Shown one piece after another: positions 1 through 9,406 of a DNA stretch of 64,000 bases (the stretch's first letter is position 1; every line of letters starts with the position of its first letter). The notes under the pieces were generated by a model. The model searched no databases. It was not told where the DNA came from and saw only the letters and a list, made by a program, of their open reading frames with translations. Origin of the DNA: an uncultured virus (IMG/VR IMGVR_UViG_3300027782_003691) (taxonomy: Duplodnaviria > Heunggongvirae > Uroviricota > Caudoviricetes); the IMG/VR virus record IMGVR_UViG_3300027782_003691; one strand, 5' to 3'. Both the position numbers and the translations under genes were made by a program.

Positions 1-448
1 GGTCAATAAAATCCTCTAATGTAGCTGAATGCACTACATGGTCATCATGCGGCATATCATTGCCTTGAAGTATAACTCTAGTTCCTCTAGGAATGTTATT
101 AAACCAATCCATAGAGTCAAAATGCTCAGTGCTGGTGTTAATTATTAGATCCGGGTTTCCAGGCAATGCTATATTACAATCTTTTGTATATGCTTTAAAC
201 TTCCATTCCTTAATAACCCAATTTTCATTTATCATATCAGCGACCGGTTCACACATGGGATCTAAGTCATAGCTTTCAATACGATCAACCATAAACTTTT
301 CTCTACTTAATAGTAAGAATCCAGTTATACCGTACCAGCCAGCGTATATATGTGTTAGTTTACTATCCCAGCCTAAATTCTCAAGCTCACGGCATAGCCA
401 TAACTTACTATCCACTTGTCCGTTTGAAAATGCGTCTTTGTTTATCAT
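1..448 (-). CDS. SAM-dependent methyltransferase-like protein, partial (runs off window start)
   Basis: Not in ORF track; manual translation from ATG 448: MINKDAFSNGQVDSKLWL...IYAGWYG...SYDLD...IINTSTEH, Gly-rich SAM-binding-like motif. Confidence 0.6.
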   Translation of the reverse strand, partial: MINKDAFSNGQVDSKLWLCRELENLGWDSKLTHIYAGWYGITGFLLLSREKFMVDRIESYDLDPMCEPVADMINENWVIKEWKFKAYTKDCNIALPGNPDLIINTSTEHFDSMDWFNNIPRGTRVILQGNDMPHDDHVVHSATLEDFID

Positions 449-1266
449 AGATTTGTTAAATTTTTGAGTATAAGATTAATATAATCTAAATAACCTTGAT
501 TAACATAATCTAAGTATTGTTCGGTAGAAGTTATTTTTTTAATTATGTTAGTTTTAAATTTATCCATTGTAAAATGTTCTATAGATTTTGTATTGATAGT
601 TTCGTATACTAACTCAGCCAATATTTTTAAATTAGGAACAGTTAAGTGATTGGCTCTAGGATCAAATTTAGTAAATTCTACAAAGTCTCGGTACTCGTAC
701 CCTCCGATAATTTCTCTTGATGTAATGTCGGTGAACAATACGGGAGGAATTAAAAAATTACTAGGATGAACAATATTAGGAATATGGTGATCCCAATTTA
801 TATGTCTTATCATTATAAACGTAGCATTTGGTTTTGACCTTGCTACATTGCTTATTAGATGCACATAACTTTCAAAGTTCATGGAAATTACTGCGTGAGA
901 TGCATTAACCATCCACCATTCTATATGTTCTTTACTCTTATAGTACCAGCTATTGTCAATATGTGGTCTTGTGTCAGGGCCGTGGCAATACCCCCCGGCT
1001 GTTTCTGGATGATTTGAAATTTGAAAATCAAAATGTAATCTTCCTTTAGTACTAGGTATATAAATGACAATATCATCATCACCGATAATATTATGTTGGG
1101 CATCATTGACAAATTGCAGGGCAGCATATTCGGTACTTCCTCCCCCAACAGCTTTATTGACTAGTGGTATTTGTAATTTTTCTTTGAGCATGACTGTCCA
1201 TGACTGTATACTCGGGTCACTATAGCTGGAACCAAAACTATCTCCGTATATTCTTAATGTTTTCAT
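445..1266 (-). CDS. SGNH/GDSL-like hydrolase-fold protein
   Basis: N-terminal YGDSF, NKAVGGGS block, late D-x3-NH motif. Confidence 0.55.
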   Translation of the reverse strand: MKTLRIYGDSFGSSYSDPSIQSWTVMLKEKLQIPLVNKAVGGGSTEYAALQFVNDAQHNIIGDDDIVIYIPSTKGRLHFDFQISNHPETAGGYCHGPDTRPHIDNSWYYKSKEHIEWWMVNASHAVISMNFESYVHLISNVARSKPNATFIMIRHINWDHHIPNIVHPSNFLIPPVLFTDITSREIIGGYEYRDFVEFTKFDPRANHLTVPNLKILAELVYETINTKSIEHFTMDKFKTNIIKKITSTEQYLDYVNQGYLDYINLILKNLTNL

Positions 1267-2630
1267 TGTCTATACTTCGCCGTATATTCTACCCAATCAC
1301 CTAATTGAGTACTGCCATTCGTGATAGCTGAGGGATATGCTGAAAAAATCGCATCTAAAAAGTCATTGTATTTTTTGGTTATTTCTTCTAGTGTAAAATT
1401 TATTATGGTATAGTCAGTGGCAAATATGTTACTGTAAAAAAAGAACGGAGTGTCTCCTACAGTCTTAGTCAACAAACTTTTAACTTCGTCAAGTTCAAAT
1501 AAATTACATTTTACATACTCAACATCACATGTCTTAAATCTATTCCATAGTTCCTTAAACTGTTCTTCACTACCGAAGTCTGAAAACAACAATCTTTGAT
1601 TTTCTTCAACGCTACCATTGATGTATTTGTAGTATTGCTTAAAGTCATCTGACTGTTTTTCTAGATACGCTGGAAAATCATTGCCATCCCAAGTTTCTTT
1701 AAGTTGTTTGATCCAATCAAGTGATTTCTCATGAAAGTCATAAAACACAAATTTCACATTATCATTTCCATTTAATATATCAAGATACTTAAATCCCGAT
1801 GCTGTGCCAAAGTAAGTATCACACTTTTTATTACCATGAAAGTAATAGCGTTCACTATTATATACCCAAATAGTAGGAGCAAGTTTGAATGTTTTTATCC
1901 ATTTTTTTTGATTAGAGTTTGACACTAACTTTGTATTTCGTTTTATAAATGCGTCATATAGATTATCTGTATCTGATTCAGGATATATAAACAATCTACA
2001 TTTACGCATTTCATCAGTAAAGTTGTCTATCTTGACACCATTGGCAAACGCAGCTTTAAGAAATCCATATCCTTGGCTAGTTCTGGTGCCTACTGTTGTT
2101 CCTTCAGCACCTTTCATCCAATATGGTGTATAGCGATCATGAAAGTTTTCTTCTGAGCGTATATAGTTAGGAAGTTCTTCTGTTACTGTGTCCCACCCGC
2201 CAAATTTAGGAGATCCTATTTCTTTCCATTTGTTGATATTAACAAACATCATTTGATGATGTATTTCAACCCACCCGGTGCCTTTCTCACTTTGCCAATC
2301 TAATGTAAATGCCAATGTAAAAAAATCTGGATTGTCTATGCTATACTTTTCAATTTGTTCTAGTAGTATATTGCTTTTAATTAGGTTGCCAACTGATTGA
2401 ATGAATATTAAATCAAAATCCAAACTATCATTCATTGCGTCATCAATGGTGTTATAAAACATAACTTTACCTTCAACAATAGGAGTTATCATTCTTGAGG
2501 TTAGTGAAAAAGTTAAGTCACGAACTTTGTTAAACAGTTCAGTATGCTTTTCAGCAACCTTTGCTTCATCAACAACAGCAAATTTTACTTTCTTACCTTC
2601 AAAAAATCGTCTTGTATATACTACATTCAT
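1263..2630 (-). CDS. hypothetical protein (455 aa)
   Basis: Long ORF with 4-nt overlaps to both neighbours; no confident family. Confidence 0.6.
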   Translation of the reverse strand: MNVVYTRRFFEGKKVKFAVVDEAKVAEKHTELFNKVRDLTFSLTSRMITPIVEGKVMFYNTIDDAMNDSLDFDLIFIQSVGNLIKSNILLEQIEKYSIDNPDFFTLAFTLDWQSEKGTGWVEIHHQMMFVNINKWKEIGSPKFGGWDTVTEELPNYIRSEENFHDRYTPYWMKGAEGTTVGTRTSQGYGFLKAAFANGVKIDNFTDEMRKCRLFIYPESDTDNLYDAFIKRNTKLVSNSNQKKWIKTFKLAPTIWVYNSERYYFHGNKKCDTYFGTASGFKYLDILNGNDNVKFVFYDFHEKSLDWIKQLKETWDGNDFPAYLEKQSDDFKQYYKYINGSVEENQRLLFSDFGSEEQFKELWNRFKTCDVEYVKCNLFELDEVKSLLTKTVGDTPFFFYSNIFATDYTIINFTLEEITKKYNDFLDAIFSAYPSAITNGSTQLGDWVEYTAKYRQ

Positions 2631-3289
2631 AAACTGTAAAACCCTTTATCGTAATTGCCATGTACAATCACATGGTATCTAACTTCATTGCTGTTATTAA
2701 TAACAATATGTTCTGTTCCAACATCTAACACTAATCCAGTGCCAGGCTCAAACGGTACTATACCTTTATTTTTAAAAACAAAATGACATCCCTCTGGATT
2801 ATTGATAGCAATATTTAATGGACTAAATGCTCTTTCAAATTTATTATCACTATGCGGCATAATATATCCACCTGGCGCAAGTCGCATAATACGTACACGA
2901 TCAAATTCTGTAAATGGTAAACTACTTAAAAATTTGTATAAGTTAGGTACACGCTCACACGCATCGGTCCAATGATATCCAGCGTCTGTTGCACTGGTAA
3001 ACCCATACTTAGTATAATGTTCTGTCTTGTGTTTGTCAATACCATGTAGCGTTAGACTTTGCCAACCTTCATGTCCATAGCCTTTTTTCTTGTCTTGTCC
3101 ACGATGATTGAAATATAAATCATCCACTGACTGGCACTCTGTTAATAATAGCGCAGTATCAAAGTCAAATTTGATAGGGTAATACGTACATTCTGGATCA
3201 TCATGTGATTCTTGAAAGTTAGTGTATGTTGGATTTGAGAAGTCTTTGTTTTGGTTGTAAAATGCGAGTAATTCTTCAGGGTAATTCAC
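2627..3289 (-). CDS. aspartyl/asparaginyl beta-hydroxylase-like 2OG-Fe(II) oxygenase
   Basis: RVRIMRLAPGGYIMPHSD ... HIVINNSNEVRYH (HxD...H...R). Confidence 0.85.
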   Translation of the reverse strand: MNYPEELLAFYNQNKDFSNPTYTNFQESHDDPECTYYPIKFDFDTALLLTECQSVDDLYFNHRGQDKKKGYGHEGWQSLTLHGIDKHKTEHYTKYGFTSATDAGYHWTDACERVPNLYKFLSSLPFTEFDRVRIMRLAPGGYIMPHSDNKFERAFSPLNIAINNPEGCHFVFKNKGIVPFEPGTGLVLDVGTEHIVINNSNEVRYHVIVHGNYDKGFYSL

Positions 3290-4424
3290 GTTTTATCTCC
3301 CAGAATTTTTTTGATACTGGGGAAAGTTTATCCATATCAAAAAACTCAACAATTTCTGGAAAAGTTTCTTTCCAATTTAATTTTCTATGTCTATCATGAA
3401 ATTGTGCATAGTTAATCATATGCAAGCATTTTTGTAAATCAAATTCTCCTATTATTTTAACAATTCTACTGTCTGCGCCGTACTTAGATTTGACGACATT
3501 CTGTAGCTTTGGCGGAATGCAAGTCATATCTATATGATCACCTACTACTGGTTGAGGATTACTGAACCAGCTTGTTAGTTTTGTACTATTAGAATTATAT
3601 TTTTTTGAAAATTGTGTTGCCCATTCAGAATATTTGTCTATATACCATATGTTAAATGGCGTTGCTGTAAAACTAGTATTCAGCGTAATATTTTTATAGT
3701 TTGCGTTAATATATTTTATCAAATTATTTTCAACTTGATGCCACTGTAACGGCCATCTTAGATAGTTAAATTGTTCTCCTACTCCATCTATACTAATTCC
3801 TATGTGAACATTTTTAAAATTTTTCCATAGTGCCCATGTTTCGGCACATGGAAATACACTGCCATTTGTTGTATACACAAGATTGACATTCTCAGGATAA
3901 TTTATCAACCGCAACATTTTCAGTTGTGTATCACTATTAAATGGTTCTCCGCCAAAAAAATGAACTTGCTTTGTTTTATCAAAGTCAATTATATTATTAA
4001 CAGCATTAATTCTTTCTTCGATAGTAGTTTTCCAACGATACGATGGCATTTTACTCTTAAGAGTTTTTGTTTCGTACTGTTGCCAAGTAGTGCTATTCCA
4101 AGTTCCGCACATTAGGCATGCGGCATTGCAATCATCATCTAATTGTAATTCAACTTTAATAGCATCTCCTAATACATCATCGTTATTGAATATTCCTTCT
4201 CGTTCTGCAGCATTTCTTGGAGATTTTGTACCTGCTAACTCTAAATCATGGCAGTAACTGCATTCTGGTATCCAATCATCTACTTGTCTTATAGTTTTTA
4301 GTTTTCCAGTAATATCTGAATCAAGAATATTAATTTGAGTTTCAGGAGTGTGTTTAATCCAACAGCATGGTTTTACATTGTCATAAGTAAAGTGATAAGT
4401 ATTGGATAAAAATTTACAAAACAT
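3276..4424 (-). CDS. radical SAM protein with N-terminal twitch/SPASM-like Cys domain
   Basis: CNAACLMC, GGEP, TTNG, SIDG; N-terminal PCC...CSYC; start moved to MFCKF. Confidence 0.85.
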   Translation of the reverse strand: MFCKFLSNTYHFTYDNVKPCCWIKHTPETQINILDSDITGKLKTIRQVDDWIPECSYCHDLELAGTKSPRNAAEREGIFNNDDVLGDAIKVELQLDDDCNAACLMCGTWNSTTWQQYETKTLKSKMPSYRWKTTIEERINAVNNIIDFDKTKQVHFFGGEPFNSDTQLKMLRLINYPENVNLVYTTNGSVFPCAETWALWKNFKNVHIGISIDGVGEQFNYLRWPLQWHQVENNLIKYINANYKNITLNTSFTATPFNIWYIDKYSEWATQFSKKYNSNSTKLTSWFSNPQPVVGDHIDMTCIPPKLQNVVKSKYGADSRIVKIIGEFDLQKCLHMINYAQFHDRHRKLNWKETFPEIVEFFDMDKLSPVSKKFWEIKRELP

Positions 4425-5370
4425 TACCAATCCTTTTATTGATAGAAACATCAGTGTCACAATGGCATAAATTTACAGTACATTTGATAGGCTGTGTTGC
4501 CCATGTTATGCTCTCTGGATCATTGATTGAGCCCAATGGACCTCCAACACAGCAATTGCCAGCAAATACTGTTCCATTGTAGTCAATATACAATGATTTT
4601 AACCCGATTTCACAGTCATAATCTTTAAAGTGTGTCAACCCACTGTTTATTAAATCAGTGGTGTTAGCATTTTCTACACTCGTGCCATCCTGAAAGAAAT
4701 ACTTAGCACCTAAACCTAATCCAGGAACATCTTTACGATTCAAATGCAGCATCTTATCTTTGTTAGACGGTCTGTTTTGCTCAAACCATATTTGTTGTGG
4801 AATATTATACACATGAGCACTTGTATCCATGCCTCTTTTATCTTGAATCATCACTGGTTCTGTTGTAAATTTATCTATTTTAGATAACTTATCGTATGCT
4901 GCCACACATTGATCCCATTGTCCAGGCAGCATTAATATACGAACATTAGTTGGTATTAGATCCGCAACAGCTAGTGTTTTTTCTAAGAAGTTTATATCAA
5001 CAAATTGCGAATGCCATGATATTGATGCGTAATTTAAATATGCTGCCAATTCTTTCCAGTATCTCACAGGTTTTGCTAGATTAGTTGTTACACCAATAGT
5101 ATGTCCACGCTCGTAAAATAGTTTACAAATTTCAGGAAAGAATGGACTAACACTTGGTTCACCGCCACTAACACTACAATGTATTCTAGGATATTTTTCA
5201 AACAACATTTCGAAAAATCTGAGTGCATTTGCCCATTCGTAATTATGATTTTTTCCCATGTGTAAGTTTGTAGCACAGTATGAGCAATGGTTTGTGCATA
5301 TATTATTAATGATCCATGTTAGATTCAGCGGAGCATTACTTGGTTGCTCTATTCTAATTATTTTGTTCAT
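4414..5370 (-). CDS. radical SAM protein with C-terminal Cys-rich (SPASM/twitch-like) domain
   Basis: CTNHCSYC, SGGEP, C-terminal C..C..CxxxxCxC. Confidence 0.88.
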   Translation of the reverse strand: MNKIIRIEQPSNAPLNLTWIINNICTNHCSYCATNLHMGKNHNYEWANALRFFEMLFEKYPRIHCSVSGGEPSVSPFFPEICKLFYERGHTIGVTTNLAKPVRYWKELAAYLNYASISWHSQFVDINFLEKTLAVADLIPTNVRILMLPGQWDQCVAAYDKLSKIDKFTTEPVMIQDKRGMDTSAHVYNIPQQIWFEQNRPSNKDKMLHLNRKDVPGLGLGAKYFFQDGTSVENANTTDLINSGLTHFKDYDCEIGLKSLYIDYNGTVFAGNCCVGGPLGSINDPESITWATQPIKCTVNLCHCDTDVSINKRIGNVL

Positions 5371-6311
5371 TCAATCCACTTGTTTATATTTACATCACTG
5401 GAACAACTACATATGTCAATGTTGCATTTAATATTATCAGTTGGCCACATAATTTTTTCAGGTTTGTTAATGTTACCAATCTTGCCTCCAACTAAGCAAT
5501 TACCTAGATATATTATTCCATTGGGTCGTACAAATAATGATTTTAATCCAATCTCACATTTGTATCCATTGAAGTTAGTAAATCCACGATTAACCCAATC
5601 GCTAGCGTTAGCATCATGTACTACAGTTCCATCATCAAAGTGATAGTTTGCCATTATATTCGCCGGCATAATTGGCATAAGATGTCTTAAGCTACGTTCT
5701 TTTTGATTCCCATGATTATCATTAAACCATGCTAACTGTTCTTCTGTATATACGGAAGCATTAGGGTCAGTATCGTTATATGGTATAATTTTTACTGGTT
5801 CGGTAATAAATTCCCAACGTGCAGATGCTTCATTGAACATAGCTATGCTTTCTTCCCACTTACTTGGCAACATCATTACACGAACTGTGACTAAAATTTG
5901 TCTAGCTGCCGCCACCACTTTTTCTAAAAAGTTTTTATCAGGAAATTCAGGATGCCATGAGAAACTAATATAATCCAAGTAAGGCGCAATGTCTCGCCAA
6001 TAGCTAGCTGGTTTAGCTGCATTTGATGTTAGACCTATAGTATGCCCTGCTTCGTAAAACAATTTACAGATATCTGGAAAGAATGGACTTAGACTGGGCT
6101 CTCCACCACTAACACTACAATGAATCCTTGGGTATCTTTCAAACAGCATTTTAAAAAAACGTTGAGCGTTCTCCCACTCATAATAGTGATTTTTACCTTC
6201 ATGTAAGTTTGGAGGGCAATAGCTGCAATGGTTAGTGCATATATTATTAATCATCCATGTAAGATGCATGGGTGCGGTATCGGGTTGTTGTATTCTAATT
6301 ATTTTGTTCAT
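5367..6311 (-). CDS. radical SAM protein, tandem paralog of 4414-5370
   Basis: CTNHCSYC, SGGEP; near-identical N-terminus MNKIIRI. Confidence 0.88.
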   Translation of the reverse strand: MNKIIRIQQPDTAPMHLTWMINNICTNHCSYCPPNLHEGKNHYYEWENAQRFFKMLFERYPRIHCSVSGGEPSLSPFFPDICKLFYEAGHTIGLTSNAAKPASYWRDIAPYLDYISFSWHPEFPDKNFLEKVVAAARQILVTVRVMMLPSKWEESIAMFNEASARWEFITEPVKIIPYNDTDPNASVYTEEQLAWFNDNHGNQKERSLRHLMPIMPANIMANYHFDDGTVVHDANASDWVNRGFTNFNGYKCEIGLKSLFVRPNGIIYLGNCLVGGKIGNINKPEKIMWPTDNIKCNIDICSCSSDVNINKWIE

Positions 6312-6423
6312 TGTTGTGTAAATTAATTTATGAATGCAAAATACAGTAGTATTCTGATTGACTGATAAAACTATTTAGCTATGCTATTTTATTAAAAATA
6401 ATTTATTTCTAATAAATAGTGAT

Positions 6424-7044
6424 ATGATTACTTCTCTGCCTAGTATTGCCATTCTAATAGATTGTTGGAAAAGTCCCAAACCAGGGGTCACGACTGACAA
6501 ATGTTTTAACGACATTACACGTTTCATAGATGCCACGGAGTCTATTACAACTGTAATATTGGCTACGTATAGCTGTAAAACAGAACGAGACGCTGATTCT
6601 ATTTGGTCTGATAATGCCAGATTGCTGTTTAACAATACAAAAAGAAAAAAAATTATTGATTTAAAATGGGCTTTTGATACGTTATATACCCACCATAATG
6701 ATTTTAAATTACAGCAGACAGATCCTATTATATGGAATTATAGAAACCCAACAAAATATCAAATATCTATGCATTGGTTGTGGCAGTTAGAATACTATTT
6801 GTCATTACATCCTGAGATAAAAAATATATATTTTTTTGGTGCTGCGTGGGAAGACTGTGTGCGATACCGTTCTTTGGGATATGAATCTATATCAAACGAA
6901 ATTCCCAATCTTAATATATTGACCAATAGTAAATGTCTTATATCTAAATTTAATATTGATTCTATTAATATGGAAAATGAGCCTGATTGGAAGTCGCTTG
7001 GTAATGACATATATCATTACCAGCCTATATCACACAGTATCTAG
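6424..7044 (+). CDS. hypothetical protein, possibly isochorismatase/cysteine-hydrolase-like fold
   Basis: ILIDCW near N-terminus and GAAWEDCV; TAAATA just upstream. Confidence 0.45.
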   Translation: MITSLPSIAILIDCWKSPKPGVTTDKCFNDITRFIDATESITTVILATYSCKTERDADSIWSDNARLLFNNTKRKKIIDLKWAFDTLYTHHNDFKLQQTDPIIWNYRNPTKYQISMHWLWQLEYYLSLHPEIKNIYFFGAAWEDCVRYRSLGYESISNEIPNLNILTNSKCLISKFNIDSINMENEPDWKSLGNDIYHYQPISHSI

Positions 7045-8049
7045 TATCTGTATATTAACTATTTTATTAAACTTACTCCATACATTAATATTCCATTCCT
7101 TGGCGTCTTTGTGAGAGTATGTAGCAGGCACCGTAATTGATTCACCATTGCCAATTTTATAATCTGATATTCTAGCCACTGGTATATAACCCAATGCTAA
7201 CTCAGATAGTTTCATATTGGGATTTTGTATTTCTGATAGTTTATTTTTCATCCACCAGTTATAGAACTTTACTCTGTTGACATAGGTAAGTGATGGACGA
7301 CCAAAGTGCATGTAGAACTCAGCCGCAAACCTTGCTTGTGGCCGAACAGCATGTCGTCTCACGACATCAATATCATTTTCATTTAGTACACTTGACCAAT
7401 GTTTACCTAATGTGTTGTATCCTAGATACATCCAGCCCCATTGTAAATCTGAACCAAACAAAAAGAAATCTTCTGGTTTAAGATCCTGATGTATACCTGC
7501 TGGCAAGTAATCAACTAAACAAGTACATAGACCTTGATCAGGAGTTTCCCAATTTCTAAAGATAGCTTCAAAGTTATGTATCTGCTCGTTCAACCTTAAA
7601 AATCTATCATGCAGCTCAAAGTTTTGCCGTTTACCTGGCCATATTGCGTTTGCTAACTCAGGCTTATTATCAGGATTATTAAAATATTTTGTATCCAATA
7701 ATTCCTGTAGTCTGTCACCGTATACTTCAAATTCTTCATGTAAATCGTTGAGTACATCTTGATTAGTGTGTAAGTGTTCCAGTGATATAATGTCATCTAA
7801 CACAACATCATACATAGAGTTAATTTTTAATATGTTGTCCCTAAACTCAGCAAAGTTTTCCTTACGATCTTCTGTACTTAAGATTCTTCTATAGTTGGCT
7901 TGTATAGTATGATTGGCTTCTTGATTCTGCTCGATCATTGCCAACCATCTATCGCCTATGTCAGTATCTAAAATTTTAAATTTAATATGTAACTGCTCAT
8001 TGTTTTTATTACTGGCCGTTACAACTAAACTTCGATCATTCTTCCACAT
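7030..8049 (-). CDS. hypothetical protein (339 aa)
   Basis: Long ORF overlapping the end of the upstream radical SAM gene. Confidence 0.6.
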   Translation of the reverse strand: MWKNDRSLVVTASNKNNEQLHIKFKILDTDIGDRWLAMIEQNQEANHTIQANYRRILSTEDRKENFAEFRDNILKINSMYDVVLDDIISLEHLHTNQDVLNDLHEEFEVYGDRLQELLDTKYFNNPDNKPELANAIWPGKRQNFELHDRFLRLNEQIHNFEAIFRNWETPDQGLCTCLVDYLPAGIHQDLKPEDFFLFGSDLQWGWMYLGYNTLGKHWSSVLNENDIDVVRRHAVRPQARFAAEFYMHFGRPSLTYVNRVKFYNWWMKNKLSEIQNPNMKLSELALGYIPVARISDYKIGNGESITVPATYSHKDAKEWNINVWSKFNKIVNIQILDTV

Positions 8050-9319
8050 TCAAAGCTACCTTCACGGAACGTAATTCTGGTATTACCTCATACGTGTTTT
8101 CTCCGCGCAAGTCATCTAATTTTTTAGTCTGTCTTACAAAGTGTTTTGCAGCAGCAACGTCAAAGGGTTTAGTTAATTCGAACAAAATGTGTTCAAATAA
8201 TTTACTGATGTTGGTGCTGTATTTTTCATTAAATTCTTCTACAAAGTTTTCCAGCTTAAGAATAATTTCATGTTTAAAGTCGTCCGGTAATATACATACA
8301 TGATAATACTTGGGGCTTTCCAACAGGTTAATAAAGAAGTTGTTATAGTTTAGGCTCCTACGTTTAGGATCACGCTTAACGACACCAATGTCCACCAAAT
8401 GTGTAATTATTTCCGGTAATCGGAATACATTAAATGCACCGATAGTGAGTCCGGGTCTAAGTATAATGTTATCCAACGTAGAAAGAGTCTTTAAGTTTTC
8501 TTCTACTTTGCGCCATACTGTTCCTGCACGGATTAGTTCAGCACGTTCACCAACCTCATCTATACTGGGCCATATTTCCAATTTACCAAACTGCCACTTG
8601 CTCCAATAATCTACAATATTTTTCTTACCGTACGATAGTGTGGAGCAATTAGTGTTGTAGCTTAGTTTTACGTCAAAACGTTCCTTGGCGACCAACATAT
8701 CCAATATTTGCCAGTGTTCGGGCATTAGTAATGGCTCGCCACCAGCAAAGTAGATCCTACGTACATTATCTATCTGTTCGATTAGAAAATCATAGTTAGT
8801 TTGCTCACCAACTGAGTCAATACTCCAAACTTTGTCCTGATCCGCGTACCCTAGTTTAGTGGCGTCGGGAACCCAGGCTGAACTATATGCTGGTCCGCAG
8901 CTACGGCATTTAAAATTACATAAGTTACTGAAACGAAAATCCCAATACTTCATGTCCATTGTAGTGCAAGTACCATCGGGTTCAGTAATATCGGGAATAG
9001 CATCTAGCACGTCTTGAAAATCTCTACGATGGTACGTTCTGGCACTCTCGCCAGTTACACGTTCACGGTCAAAACATTTGGAACATATCTTTGGCTCTCG
9101 ACCTTCGATCATATCCTTTCGAATGGATTTTTGTTGATCACTGTTCCATATTTCTTCTAGTGACATTGTTTTAAGATCACCTGAAAATACTTTATGTGAC
9201 GCAGTTAAGCAGCATGGCAGTACTTTACCACTAGGTTCAAATGCAAGATGCATCCAGGGTACAGCGCACAGCGTGGGACTTTCTGAAATAATAGGTATAA
9301 TTTTTTGTTCTTGTGTCAT
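8036..9319 (-). CDS. twitch/SPASM-domain radical SAM protein
   Basis: N-terminal CAVPW..PCC..CSKC; CNFKCRSC; FAGGEP. Confidence 0.9.
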   Translation of the reverse strand: MTQEQKIIPIISESPTLCAVPWMHLAFEPSGKVLPCCLTASHKVFSGDLKTMSLEEIWNSDQQKSIRKDMIEGREPKICSKCFDRERVTGESARTYHRRDFQDVLDAIPDITEPDGTCTTMDMKYWDFRFSNLCNFKCRSCGPAYSSAWVPDATKLGYADQDKVWSIDSVGEQTNYDFLIEQIDNVRRIYFAGGEPLLMPEHWQILDMLVAKERFDVKLSYNTNCSTLSYGKKNIVDYWSKWQFGKLEIWPSIDEVGERAELIRAGTVWRKVEENLKTLSTLDNIILRPGLTIGAFNVFRLPEIITHLVDIGVVKRDPKRRSLNYNNFFINLLESPKYYHVCILPDDFKHEIILKLENFVEEFNEKYSTNISKLFEHILFELTKPFDVAAAKHFVRQTKKLDDLRGENTYEVIPELRSVKVALNVEE

Positions 9320-9406
9320 GTGATATTTTAAGACGTTAATGTCGTGTAGGTATTATACACTAATGAGAATAGGAAAACAACCGTAATGGAATTTAATAGT
9401 AGAACG

